Part shown: in pieces, positions 10,315 to 19,802 of the stretch
How positions within the stretch are numbered: the first letter of the stretch is position 1
How the letters are laid out: each line of letters opens with the position of its first letter
Virus record (IMG/VR): IMGVR_UViG_3300037325_000203
Length of the DNA stretch: 64,000 nucleotides
Reading direction: 5' to 3' (one strand)
Source of the DNA: a virus
Translations under genes and position numbers: made by a program
The notes under the pieces: model-generated
What the model was told of the DNA's origin: nothing
The model's database searches: none
Seen by the model: the letters and a program-made list of their open reading frames with translations, nothing else

Positions 10315-10868
10315 ATTTGTTCGTCCTCTAACGGTATTTCTTCCTCACCGTCGATAACATCTTCTGTTGGCATTCCAGCAGGCTCCTGTTCGTCAAATGC
10401 CATTTCTATATCTGCATTTGTTTTCTGTATGTCCTGCTGAATAGTATCATCTATTGTGTCAAGCCCACGGTTAATGTATTTGATGGGAAGTTTGATAGTT
10501 ACAAGCCAAATGTCTGTCTCTTTCATCTTAGCACGTTTAGATTCCGGATCTACCCAGTCTTCAGGGCCTTTAACTTTAACAGGTCGCTTAAATATTGCCT
10601 TCTTAAAACTTACCCTGGAACCTAGTTTCGTTAATCTTAACCCGGCGTCCGGATCGGGCATAAGATTATATGGGAACATCCATACGGTTTTATACCAATA
10701 CCTGCTGATGGTTGGTCCCTCTACTAATTCCCCCGATATCCAATTCTTATAAGCAAAAATTTCGACATTGTCTAATGTACGCTCGAACTCGATAAGTGTA
10801 TCTAAAATACTATTGCCCCTTGATATACCAACAAGGGTCCTTTTAATTTTTTCTAAATCGGTTGCCAT
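10311..10868 (-). CDS. Hypothetical phage protein with acidic tail
   Basis: 185-aa ORF, SD and GATAAATA upstream. Confidence 0.6.
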   Translation of the reverse strand: MATDLEKIKRTLVGISRGNSILDTLIEFERTLDNVEIFAYKNWISGELVEGPTISRYWYKTVWMFPYNLMPDPDAGLRLTKLGSRVSFKKAIFKRPVKVKGPEDWVDPESKRAKMKETDIWLVTIKLPIKYINRGLDTIDDTIQQDIQKTNADIEMAFDEQEPAGMPTEDVIDGEEEIPLEDEQI

Positions 10869-10956
10869 AAATGTCCTCTTTTAATTATTTATCAAACTAT
10901 TGTGCCTTTTACAAAGTTTAGCATTTGGAAACACAATACATACTTTATTTAGATAA

Positions 10957-11820
10957 ATGCATAAATACTTGCGTATGAACAATACCCTCGATGAAATGAT
11001 CGAAGCAGCACTTGGTTCCAATTCTGGGACCAGCAAATTCTTGCACCAAAAAAACTCAAAAATAAGGAGCACAACCTTGAGTAAAAACCGTAAAATGACT
11101 GAAAAATCGTCACCGCACATTCGTAATTCTCGCGAAGAACATTCCACGAATAATATAGTTAAGCTGGGGAATAGAAATTACAAACGTGTAGAAATGTTGC
11201 CCAGAAACACGGCACAAGAAACTTACGTAGAAGCACTAATGGAAAAGCGAATGGTATTTGCTGTAGGACCAGCTGGTACTGGCAAAACACTACTGGCAGT
11301 ATTACGCGCAATCAAGGCACTTAGAGAACAAGAGATTACTAAAATTATACTGACCCGACCGGCAGTAAGTGTGGACGAGAAGCACGGATTCTTGCCAGGC
11401 GACTTAAACGCAAAAATGGAGCCGTGGACACGCCCTATATTTGATGTGTTTGAGGAATATTACGGCGTACCCGAGACTAAACGTATGCTAGATGAGGGTA
11501 TTATCGAGATTGCTCCATTGGGATTTATGAGAGGTCGTACATTTAAGAATGCTTACATCATCGCCGATGAAATGCAAAACGCTACACCAGATCAAACCAA
11601 AATGTTACTAACTAGGATTGGCGAAAATAGTAGTATGGTGCTAACAGGTGACTTAAGACAGCATGACAGGGGATTTGAGAAAAACGGTCTAAAAGACTTC
11701 TTAGACAGGTTCGCAACTAACAAATCCAAATCCATGGCAGTATGTACATTTAGGAGAGAGCACATTGAGAGAGATCCATTAGTTTCAGAAGTATTAGGTA
11801 TCTACGGGGAAGATGATTAA
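10957..11820 (+). CDS. phoH: PhoH family ATPase (start uncertain)
   Basis: GPAGTGKT, LTRPAV, GFLPGDL, FMRGRTF, DEMQN, LLTRIGE. Confidence 0.95.
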   Translation: MHKYLRMNNTLDEMIEAALGSNSGTSKFLHQKNSKIRSTTLSKNRKMTEKSSPHIRNSREEHSTNNIVKLGNRNYKRVEMLPRNTAQETYVEALMEKRMVFAVGPAGTGKTLLAVLRAIKALREQEITKIILTRPAVSVDEKHGFLPGDLNAKMEPWTRPIFDVFEEYYGVPETKRMLDEGIIEIAPLGFMRGRTFKNAYIIADEMQNATPDQTKMLLTRIGENSSMVLTGDLRQHDRGFEKNGLKDFLDRFATNKSKSMAVCTFRREHIERDPLVSEVLGIYGEDD

Positions 11821-11840
11821 TATATAATTATACTCTTAAG

Positions 11841-11865
11841 AAAGGCGACATTAGTTCGTCTTTTT
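11841..11865 (+). terminator. Probable phoH terminator
   Basis: AAAGGCGA-cattagt-TCGTCTTTTT. Confidence 0.65.
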
Positions 11866-11871
11866 AATGAC

Positions 11872-12426
11872 TATAGTTTCTTTAATCTATTGGAGATCCT
11901 GTAAGCGACAGTTTGCTATATTTAATCACAATATGCCATAAGTGAACAACGACGTTAAACGTATAATAGATAGGCTGATGGTAGAATCATAGAAAGGGTA
12001 TGTGAAAAACACCCACAAAAAAATGCGGAATTTTCCACATGCTCTGACAGCTTCGTCATAGACTGAAACACGAACTTTAAACAGTGTTGGATTGATTATG
12101 TCAACTGTATCCTTGTGGATGTCGTGGATGGGCTCCGTAGAGTCACTGCAATTGCCATTTGTTTTCAGTCACTTGTGGCGCAGCTTACCGGGCATACCTT
12201 TCTTTTACATACCGGTAACAAACTTTATTTTTATCTGATGCTACATTCTCTGCGGATTCCGCAGTATACGATTAACGACAATATGTATGTCGGGAACATC
12301 ATGCCCCGTGAGAGCCCACGGGTTAACCATCCATATTACTGTCGGCTTGAGTAGTGACCGCTATTAGGCAATTTATCTCGGTGCAATATTAATTCGGCGC
12401 ACTAACCTTATAACTCTATAACTATA
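11872..12426 (-). ncRNA. Candidate large structured non-coding RNA, family unassigned
   Basis: No credible ORF; many hairpins, long-range helices and loop pairings; G-U wobbles favour the minus strand. Confidence 0.6.
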
Positions 12427-12504
12427 TCGTGTACTATTTGTTAAACAATTTCCTTTAGAAAAGCCCGATAATAAAATTACTGCCGGGCCACTTGTACATT
12501 ATTG

Positions 12505-13113
12505 TTATGCTATATTGTATTCTTTACATACCATATCGTATATTTCTTTCCATGGTGTTTCGTAACTTACTTTAGGAAATAGATCAGTGTGATAATGTGT
12601 GTTGTAAGGATGATTTATTAGTACAGTCTTTAGTCCTACTTCATGACCGGCTTCGGCTTGCCTCATGTGATCCTCAATCCAGAAATATCCCGTATCCGCC
12701 CACCTTTTGAGAATTTCTGCTTTGCCTGAACCCATTGTCAGACAATTGATCTCATCAAACACATCACCGAATAAGTTTTTAAGATTCTCTGTTCGATATT
12801 CATGTGCACAAGGGTGGTCGCTTAGACTGGTTACAACGATGAATTTAAATCCCAGATTTGCTAGTTTCATAACATTGTCTAGGGCGTCGGCAAACACACC
12901 TAGGTTCTGAATGAGCTTGCTCTCGTTGAATTCCTTTACACACTCGAATGACTGACGGGAGCTGATACCATGTCTTTCAGATATGTTATAGTGATCTTCT
13001 GTGCCTGGAAGTCTGGGGAACCCCTTTTCAGACATATATAAATCGAAGCCGTTGTTCCAGTTGACTAACACACCGTCACAATCTGTTAATATAATTTTTT
13101 CTTTATTTGCCAT
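12505..13113 (-). CDS. HAD-family 5'-nucleotidase-like phosphatase
   Basis: DCDGVL motif I, WIED motif IV, PYN. Confidence 0.85.
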   Translation of the reverse strand: MANKEKIILTDCDGVLVNWNNGFDLYMSEKGFPRLPGTEDHYNISERHGISSRQSFECVKEFNESKLIQNLGVFADALDNVMKLANLGFKFIVVTSLSDHPCAHEYRTENLKNLFGDVFDEINCLTMGSGKAEILKRWADTGYFWIEDHMRQAEAGHEVGLKTVLINHPYNTHYHTDLFPKVSYETPWKEIYDMVCKEYNIA

Positions 13114-13327
13114 TTTTTAATTCCTGTATCTTATTAGCAATATTCATGATATCAACAGCCATCATATATATACTTTTAAAATTGTCTGTGTGAAGTTCTG
13201 CAATGTCGTGATCAGTTATCCCCTTCATGTAATGTTCAACATCCATTATTTTGCACTTTAAGATGAATAGTTCTCTTTCTAGGTAGGACATGCGAGTATT
13301 GCCCAGCGGAAATCCATGCCGAATCAT
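13103..13327 (-). CDS. Hypothetical protein
   Basis: ORF in a coupled operon. Confidence 0.5.
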   Translation of the reverse strand: MIRHGFPLGNTRMSYLERELFILKCKIMDVEHYMKGITDHDIAELHTDNFKSIYMMAVDIMNIANKIQELKNGK

Positions 13328-13686
13328 TGTACGTCAAATACAGTTTTAGAACGCAAAGTACCAAACTGATCAGAAAATTTAGGTACAGATACTAACTCTG
13401 GAACTGAAACCTGATCTTTTCCGTAGGCATTATCTAACTCTGCCATTTGCTTCTCATACTTCTTTCGAACATAGCCTTCGAATTGGTCATAATCCTCCAT
13501 TCCAAATCGAGAACCTGTAATCATTTTCCTATTTAGATAATCGCCTATAGCACTAGACATAGTCTTGTGTTTATTGCGAATCTGATTTACAAATTCTACA
13601 GTTTCCTCTACATCCCACTCTGTCTTAGAATATTTCTTTAGTGTATTTTTATGTGACATGATTATATAGACATGTTCTTTTGCCAT
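13324..13686 (-). CDS. Hypothetical protein
   Basis: ORF coupled to the clamp-loader stop. Confidence 0.6.
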   Translation of the reverse strand: MAKEHVYIIMSHKNTLKKYSKTEWDVEETVEFVNQIRNKHKTMSSAIGDYLNRKMITGSRFGMEDYDQFEGYVRKKYEKQMAELDNAYGKDQVSVPELVSVPKFSDQFGTLRSKTVFDVQ

Positions 13687-14621
13687 TACATTTCGCCTTT
13701 CGCTATCATTTCGAGCTCAATCAGGGTTGCTGATAAATTTATCTCTGGGTCTGCGCAACTAGTATGTTTTACTAATCCATCTCTAATTGTTAGTACACAC
13801 TTGTCTTGACTACCATTTTCTTCTCCCCATATGTCCAGGTTTTGATACAAAAAACGGTAGATATCTTCGTATTCCTCCGGGGTAGCCTGCATGCATATAA
13901 CAGTGCGAGCTTCCTTGTATTTTCCTGCCCTGAACAAGGCAATCATATCGATCTTGTAATCACTTACATTCTCGCTAGATTCCGGCAAGTGTATCATCCC
14001 ATCATACGCATTTGCTTGGATAATACTAATACCTCGACGCAGATCTGGATATGTAGATTTCACGATTGAGTCAATAATATCTAAGTCTAAATCGACATTT
14101 TCTGCTATCAGTATATTACATAGTCTCAGAGTGAACTCGTCTTTGTCCAGCTTATCAATATGCATACGACCCGTTTCGGTTCTGGACTGTAGTGCCGGTA
14201 TAATTTTGTGCGGATAATTACACGTTAATATAAATCTGACTGTGGACGCATATCTTTCCATAGTATTACGAAGGACTGCCTGAGCGTTAATAGTCAGGTA
14301 ATCTGCCTCGTCTAGCAAAACATATTTAATTTCGCCGTAGCCCATGGTCTCTGCAAATCGAGTGATGCTGTCACGTATGAAGTCTACGTTGTTATCCTTA
14401 GATGCATTGACTTCTTTAATATCAAATTCATCTACTTTTAATTCTTTTAGCAAAACCTTTGCCAATGTAGTTTTGCCTGTCCCGGGGCCACCGGATAACA
14501 TCATATGGGGGAGCGCCCCATCGGATATCCATTTTTCAATTTGTCTTTTTTGCTGCTGATCTTTAAAGACATAATCTTTAATACTTGCAGGTCTATATTT
14601 TTCGGTCCAGAGTTCTTTCAC
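13686..14621 (-). CDS. Sliding clamp loader AAA+ subunit (RFC small/gp44-like)
   Basis: LWTEKYRP, GGPGTGKT, NAS, LLDEAD, FILTCN, ALQSR. Confidence 0.93.
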   Translation of the reverse strand: MKELWTEKYRPASIKDYVFKDQQQKRQIEKWISDGALPHMMLSGGPGTGKTTLAKVLLKELKVDEFDIKEVNASKDNNVDFIRDSITRFAETMGYGEIKYVLLDEADYLTINAQAVLRNTMERYASTVRFILTCNYPHKIIPALQSRTETGRMHIDKLDKDEFTLRLCNILIAENVDLDLDIIDSIVKSTYPDLRRGISIIQANAYDGMIHLPESSENVSDYKIDMIALFRAGKYKEARTVICMQATPEEYEDIYRFLYQNLDIWGEENGSQDKCVLTIRDGLVKHTSCADPEINLSATLIELEMIAKGEM

Positions 14622-14647
14622 GTTACACTACCCTTTATGTTTTAAGT

Positions 14648-14677
14648 AGTATAACGTAGTCCCTATTGAAATGTCAA
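14648..14677 (-). promoter_or_regulatory. Sigma70-type promoter of the clamp-loader operon
   Basis: TTGACA-18-TATACT. Confidence 0.75.
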
Positions 14678-15015
14678 GTTGATGTAAATTCAGAAAATAT
14701 AGCAGTGTCTGGTTCGACATCAGATACTAGTGCAGCGGATTGCGGCCATTCCACACCCCAGAGTTGGACTTCGGTCCCATCGTCTTCTTTTACTTTGAGC
14801 ATTCGTGTCCAGCGATTAAGATCGATTAGAATCCATTGCCCTGGTGTGACCTCCGTCACATCTTCTCCTACCGAATAAACTCTGCCCCATCGTGCACGGA
14901 TACTCTCACTTTTACCCTCTTGGCTTGGAATTATAATCCCATTAATAATCCTATCACCTTTTTCTAAATCGGTGACCAGAACTTTTCCTTTAAATGCTTT
15001 TATTTTCATTCTCAT
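14674..15015 (-). CDS. GroES-like co-chaperonin
   Basis: KVLV...NGIIIP mobile loop, GRVYSVG, VTPGQWIL; no GroEL in the window. Confidence 0.8.
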   Translation of the reverse strand: MRMKIKAFKGKVLVTDLEKGDRIINGIIIPSQEGKSESIRARWGRVYSVGEDVTEVTPGQWILIDLNRWTRMLKVKEDDGTEVQLWGVEWPQSAALVSDVEPDTAIFSEFTST

Positions 15016-15328
15016 CCTTTATCATAATATCACCTGATGGCAACTCCATTTCTTTAGTCTTCGGTGTAGCCGATTTCGTAGGGGCACTTGCAATCTGCTT
15101 TACAGGTTCAGGCGGCATTCTTCCTTTAAGACCAGTAGAAACAATCGCAGTTTTAATACTATGACTATCTCTGGCAAGATCATCGGCAGTCCTAATAATC
15201 TTGCCACCCTTGATTTGATCGCCCCTGGCATTAACTGGCATGTTGCCAATTGCAGTTACTTTTTCATTTTCTCTTCGAATGGAATCCATATCTATAGTGG
15301 TTCCCCTAAATGTTACGTGTCTACTCAT
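14990..15328 (-). CDS. Hypothetical protein
   Basis: ORF, GNMPVNARGD segment. Confidence 0.55.
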   Translation of the reverse strand: MSRHVTFRGTTIDMDSIRRENEKVTAIGNMPVNARGDQIKGGKIIRTADDLARDSHSIKTAIVSTGLKGRMPPEPVKQIASAPTKSATPKTKEMELPSGDIMIKDENENKSI

Positions 15329-15864
15329 TTTAAATAATCCTTAATGTCTAACTTATATTTAATGGAGTCAACCCTGTGTACTCCGATTAAATACAATATG
15401 TAGGAGGATACACTTGATCCGCGACCCACTCCCCATACTGATTTGTTTTTCCTCATGTGATCTACCAGAAATATAAAAAGTCTCAGAAGCATGACAAGGT
15501 CCCTGTCTTGGTATAACTTATATTCCTCCTCGACTCGGTCTCTTTGCTGCTGTGTATTGCATTTATCTAAAAGCCATGCTGACACATCTATTTGTTGATA
15601 GATCATCGGAAACACCCATTCATTTGCATGATCTTCATGAAATTCATCGAAGGACTGAATTTCGTCTGGCGCCGGCAAAAATGTAATAGTATCGAGTATG
15701 AGCTCAGACTGATACTTCTGAAATTGATGTATTTCCTCATCAAAAACAACATTCAGATGGCTTATGTTTCTTCCCTGTAAAAGTAATTCTTTGAGATTTT
15801 CACTCGATAGTATGGCTTGTCCATACATGTTTACTTTTACTCCTCTACTTTTTTTGGTTTCCAT
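15325..15864 (-). CDS. Stand-alone fragment of DNA polymerase III alpha (DnaE-like)
   Basis: RVEEEY...WGVGRGSSVSSYILYLIGVHRVDSIKYKL matches the family C GRGS region; only 179 aa. Confidence 0.85.
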   Translation of the reverse strand: METKKSRGVKVNMYGQAILSSENLKELLLQGRNISHLNVVFDEEIHQFQKYQSELILDTITFLPAPDEIQSFDEFHEDHANEWVFPMIYQQIDVSAWLLDKCNTQQQRDRVEEEYKLYQDRDLVMLLRLFIFLVDHMRKNKSVWGVGRGSSVSSYILYLIGVHRVDSIKYKLDIKDYLK

Positions 15865-16559
15865 TTTTCTACTTGTACAATTCTTGCCGGTTCGGCCATT
15901 AAACCGGGAACATCATTATCGTTAATTTCTGCAATCATACGGGCGAATTCATCCATGGGATCGTTTATGTCTCGGAATAATTCTGCATCCGGAATATCTA
16001 TACCGTCCGGTCTGATAAATTCATAACAGAACCCATCGTTACGTGTCCACCATGCTTTAGTATCCCGAGCAGTTCCTTCGCTGTAATAATCGGCTGTATT
16101 ATCTGGTATTTCATACTCGCCATTGTCCGAGTCAAATGTGTACTTCAGTGAAGTGTCACTGCCTGTCAGGCTAATTTCTCCAATTATTAAGCTATCACCT
16201 GCTAGTGCTGATAATTTAGAATGTAGCAACTGTATGATTAAATCGTCGCTAGGATTGCCAGGACAGTACATCATAATGTTGGAGGAGAGGTTTGCAATGT
16301 ACATATCATCTGGGTTTTCTACGTCTACTGCGAGTATGCCCGGCAAGTTGGAGTCTAACCAGAAATATATTCTCTGATATGCAAGACTAGCAATTCTTTG
16401 TTCGTCTTCTTTCTTTTTAACTTTCCCACTTTTGGCTACAAGATTTATAATTAAGCACCAGTCCACCGCTGTTAACGTAGACTCTTGCAGCCTGATACCG
16501 GTGAACTTGTAATTCATGGACATATAACTACGAATGATGTACTTCCCCGACTTCATCAT
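15837..16559 (-). CDS. Hypothetical protein
   Basis: 240-aa ORF. Confidence 0.6.
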   Translation of the reverse strand: MMKSGKYIIRSYMSMNYKFTGIRLQESTLTAVDWCLIINLVAKSGKVKKKEDEQRIASLAYQRIYFWLDSNLPGILAVDVENPDDMYIANLSSNIMMYCPGNPSDDLIIQLLHSKLSALAGDSLIIGEISLTGSDTSLKYTFDSDNGEYEIPDNTADYYSEGTARDTKAWWTRNDGFCYEFIRPDGIDIPDAELFRDINDPMDEFARMIAEINDNDVPGLMAEPARIVQVEKWKPKKVEE

Positions 16560-16560
16560 A

Positions 16561-16815
16561 TTATTTTTTATCCTCTAACCCGCCTAGTTCTATAGGTTTA
16601 TTAATGTCTGGATATTTTTTACCAAACTCGCTTCTCATAGTCCTTTGCATTCTGTCATGCCTTTCATTCTCGAGAGACTGAATTACTTCCATAATGCTGT
16701 GAACAGTAGGCCCGTGCCCTAATGCCGTCTGGGCATTCATGAATACATATGCCCTACCCAGTCGCTCTATTACCTGCTCGTCAGTCAACTTACTTACATC
16801 TAAAAATGGGTGCAT
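16561..16815 (-). CDS. Hypothetical protein
   Basis: MHPFLDVSKLTD, strong AAGGAGG SD. Confidence 0.6.
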   Translation of the reverse strand: MHPFLDVSKLTDEQVIERLGRAYVFMNAQTALGHGPTVHSIMEVIQSLENERHDRMQRTMRSEFGKKYPDINKPIELGGLEDKK

Positions 16816-16878
16816 AGTTATCCTCCTTATAGTATTTATGTAAGAAACATTGATACTATAAAGAATCTGGTGTTACAA

Positions 16879-17211
16879 CTAGTCGTATTCGTGAATTGTA
16901 AACTTGATCTCTGGCCACATGTATAACCTAATTCCAGGATTATCAATAGAAAGTCTAACGTGTAATGCATCTGAATCATCACTAAAACAGTAATATCCGT
17001 ATTGATTAATGGATTCGCGGGCGTTCTCAACGTTATGGTGCGACACCACTCCAGAGTGACCCCATGTATAACGTGCACCTTTGTATACTGTTTTTGTAAC
17101 ATTTCGATGCTCTAATCGGGCAGCTGCCCAATCCTGTTTGCTATATCTTACCCGAAGCATATAGGAGCACGGAAAAAATATCTCCGAGTATGTATGCAAC
17201 CTTTGCGACAT
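16879..17211 (-). CDS. Small protein of the paralogous F-x-x-x-x-DA family
   Basis: YYCFSDDSDALHVRL. Confidence 0.55.
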   Translation of the reverse strand: MSQRLHTYSEIFFPCSYMLRVRYSKQDWAAARLEHRNVTKTVYKGARYTWGHSGVVSHHNVENARESINQYGYYCFSDDSDALHVRLSIDNPGIRLYMWPEIKFTIHEYD

Positions 17212-17453
17212 TAAATGTACTTGTGATGAATACGATAAAAATCTGTTAGGTCTTCTTTTTCTGAGAACTTCACTACGACATGATGACCCATATCGATTTC
17301 TGCATAAATTCCCTTTACTGACCCGTATCCCTTTTTAATATCATCTAATCTCCGATAGTAAGTAGTGGGGTGCAGTTTAACAGACAACCATCCGGCTGTA
17401 TACTTATCTAGCCTAATTGGGTCGCCTGTAACGCAATTGCCTTTTTGCTTCAT
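17211..17453 (-). CDS. Small hypothetical protein
   Basis: Coupled ORF, VKFSEKEDLTDF. Confidence 0.55.
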   Translation of the reverse strand: MKQKGNCVTGDPIRLDKYTAGWLSVKLHPTTYYRRLDDIKKGYGSVKGIYAEIDMGHHVVVKFSEKEDLTDFYRIHHKYI

Positions 17454-17454
17454 T

Positions 17455-17724
17455 CTAGTTACCTTGCAAGTATGTCCATTTATTATAAATTTCTACCCGA
17501 AGTCCGCGGTTCGTAACAGTATTACTAATGTCATGATTATGGCGGACCGCTGTCATGGATATATTGTACTGGTTTCCCGAAGTGGTTACCAATTTCAGAT
17601 GTGCATCTGAGGATAGTACATCAACTGTACTATCCTCACCCCCTGGAAACTCCATACTCTCGACGAATCTCAGGCTTACTGCGGTTGTATCGTTGATTTT
17701 AATAGTTGTACTATTAAACGGCAT
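17455..17724 (-). CDS. Hypothetical protein
   Basis: Coupled ORF. Confidence 0.5.
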   Translation of the reverse strand: MPFNSTTIKINDTTAVSLRFVESMEFPGGEDSTVDVLSSDAHLKLVTTSGNQYNISMTAVRHNHDISNTVTNRGLRVEIYNKWTYLQGN

Positions 17725-18005
17725 TAGAGAAGGCTGAGGTATAAGGAAGAATCCTCTTCGAAATCTTCCTTAAAGATGTAAATCATGGGGCTGACAGGCT
17801 TGCCAGATTTGATACTTTTAAGTATTCGCCCTTCCATTGTCCATTTTTCCTCGCCTTTGCCTACATTTTTGTTAAGCCAGTGGATAATTTTGTAGAAGTG
17901 ATCACGATCTCTGATCGTAATACGAAAGGAAAAGGCAGCCCTTTTTTCTTTAAGATTAGCCGGCAAGCTCTCAGGTGTCACTTTAGTGGATTCTTGCTTA
18001 ATCAT
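17724..18005 (-). CDS. Hypothetical protein
   Basis: ORF, WLNKNVG...W pattern. Confidence 0.55.
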   Translation of the reverse strand: MIKQESTKVTPESLPANLKEKRAAFSFRITIRDRDHFYKIIHWLNKNVGKGEEKWTMEGRILKSIKSGKPVSPMIYIFKEDFEEDSSLYLSLL

Positions 18006-18052
18006 ATTACACTTTCTTTTTGGGGTGAGTTGGCTTCTTAGCAGTAATTTTA

Positions 18053-18538
18053 CTACATGTCCGTATTTGTGTCAATTGGTAAGTCTGCTTTACCAATTAA
18101 TACCTTAACACCTGCTTCTAATAACATCTCTTGTGCAACTAGCATATCTTCTTTCCATCGCTCTGGCACCTTATCTACTGTAAAATTCTCATCTATTATT
18201 AATGTTTTAATTTTACGCTGAATAATAGACTGGGCGCAGCTTGAACACGGAGAGAAGGTAACAAACATGACGCAATCTGAGAGATCAGCTTTAGAGGCAA
18301 GATCCATTGCATTACGTTCTGCATGTGCCATCCAGTTATACTTATAAGGACGAATGCTCCGCTCTGCTACAGCATCATCTACTCCCATAGGCATGCCGTT
18401 AAATCCCCACGATATCGGTGAGCCATCTAATGTAGTTATGACCGCGCCCACTTTAGTTGAATCGTCTTTGGACCACTGTGCTATATCCTGAGCCATTTTT
18501 AAAAGGCGCCCGGTCCATTTTTTATTTGTTACATCCAT
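18053..18538 (-). CDS. dCMP deaminase
   Basis: SKD.STKVGA, GFNG, HAERNA, PCSSC. Confidence 0.95.
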   Translation of the reverse strand: MDVTNKKWTGRLLKMAQDIAQWSKDDSTKVGAVITTLDGSPISWGFNGMPMGVDDAVAERSIRPYKYNWMAHAERNAMDLASKADLSDCVMFVTFSPCSSCAQSIIQRKIKTLIIDENFTVDKVPERWKEDMLVAQEMLLEAGVKVLIGKADLPIDTNTDM

Positions 18539-18561
18539 ATTAGTTTATATTTCTGTACTCA

Positions 18562-18873
18562 CTATCTCGATGGTGATCTCGACAGCGACTCCTTAGTGAT
18601 GATCTGGCCGAGCTCCTCTCCTAGATCTTCTTTGTCAGTAACGATATACAAAGATCCTACAGTTCTGTCCCTGGCAACATCGTACGTAGAGAACTGTACG
18701 ACTTTGCCGCCGGTGGCCCCAAATACTGTAAAGTTTAATCCGTCTGCCGAATCTATTTTGCCCGCCGGCCGGACTCCCTGGTAGTTAGACAATGATCTCT
18801 CATAGGCAACATTGGGCGCCATCTTAGCTGTGTTTGACCACTGAACTATGTTTCTAATCATACGCTTTAGCAT
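18562..18873 (-). CDS. Hypothetical protein
   Basis: 103-aa ORF. Confidence 0.55.
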   Translation of the reverse strand: MLKRMIRNIVQWSNTAKMAPNVAYERSLSNYQGVRPAGKIDSADGLNFTVFGATGGKVVQFSTYDVARDRTVGSLYIVTDKEDLGEELGQIITKESLSRSPSR

Positions 18874-19069
18874 TATTCCACCTTAATTTAAATATTATAT
18901 ATGTTTCTGATTCTCTGAATGCAATGGCATCATACCCTGTCACGTCATAATACAAATACCAATCTCGGAGTTCCATTCCCGCATTATCCATGCACCATTT
19001 ATATTCATCGTCTGCTTTTCCGGTGATCCTGCATTGAAACGGCCAAATTTTCTTTTTAAGACATCTCAT
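18854..19069 (-). CDS. Small protein of the paralogous family
   Basis: KWC...DW...IAFRESETYIIFKLRW. Confidence 0.55.
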   Translation of the reverse strand: MRCLKKKIWPFQCRITGKADDEYKWCMDNAGMELRDWYLYYDVTGYDAIAFRESETYIIFKLRWNNAKAYD

Positions 19070-19073
19070 AAAA

Positions 19074-19352
19074 TTACATGAATTTTAGCTTAAAGACGGC
19101 AGCATCTGCGCTGTCAGTGATGCGAACAGTTACCATTGGGTCCCCACTATTAAATCTCTGAATAGCTTCGTACTTACCTTGCATATTTTCATGCATCCAG
19201 TTGCAGAATTCTCTATCATTATCCGTATAGACCCAGCAATGCCACCCAACACATTCTTTGAGAAATTCTCTCTCGATACCATCCTTTTGAAGCATCTTCA
19301 GAATATCATACCAGCCGTCGTCATATTTCCAATTCCGGACTTCTATTATCAT
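19074..19352 (-). CDS. Small protein of the paralogous family
   Basis: NWM...ITDSADAAVFKLKF. Confidence 0.6.
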   Translation of the reverse strand: MIIEVRNWKYDDGWYDILKMLQKDGIEREFLKECVGWHCWVYTDNDREFCNWMHENMQGKYEAIQRFNSGDPMVTVRITDSADAAVFKLKFM

Positions 19353-19382
19353 ATTCCCTGCTATTCTATTGTAAGTAGTATA

Positions 19383-19793
19383 TTATAGATCGTCGTCTCT
19401 TCGGTGCTCGGAATACCATGCATCAAAAGAGCCGCCTGGGAATCTGCTTTCTAGCTTCTTAACATTTTCTGCCACAACATCGTTGGGGTCTAGGCCAAGT
19501 GCCATACACGCCTGTATCCAATACCAGATAATGTCTCCCAGTTCCCGCTTCATATGGAATATGTTGTCTGCATTATATTCCTTGCCTTGAAAAATAATTT
19601 TCTTAACAATTTCATTAAATTCCCCGCCCTCACTAGAAAGACCGACACCTGCTGTAAGTAGCCTGGGTACATTTGCACCCTGTGTTTGTAGCTGCCTCAT
19701 CCTGGCAATAAGAGTTTCAAAGTCTTTGCTTGTGTCGCTTGTTACACTGTCTACAAATTCCGAATATTTATTTAAATCAATTTTATTTGTCAT
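19383..19793 (-). CDS. MazG-like nucleotide pyrophosphohydrolase
   Basis: GLSSEGGEF.EIVKK, RELGDIIWY, NVKKLESR. Confidence 0.92.
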   Translation of the reverse strand: MTNKIDLNKYSEFVDSVTSDTSKDFETLIARMRQLQTQGANVPRLLTAGVGLSSEGGEFNEIVKKIIFQGKEYNADNIFHMKRELGDIIWYWIQACMALGLDPNDVVAENVKKLESRFPGGSFDAWYSEHRRDDDL

Positions 19794-19802
19794 GTTGTTA
19801 CC

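Noticed and set aside
12115-12354. 79-aa plus-strand ORF
   Set aside because: No SD or recognisable motif, and it lies antisense to the structured region.
11872-12426. tmRNA, RNase P RNA or group I intron
   Set aside because: No tRNA-like ends with CCA, no GAGGAAAGUCC motif, and no interrupted host gene.
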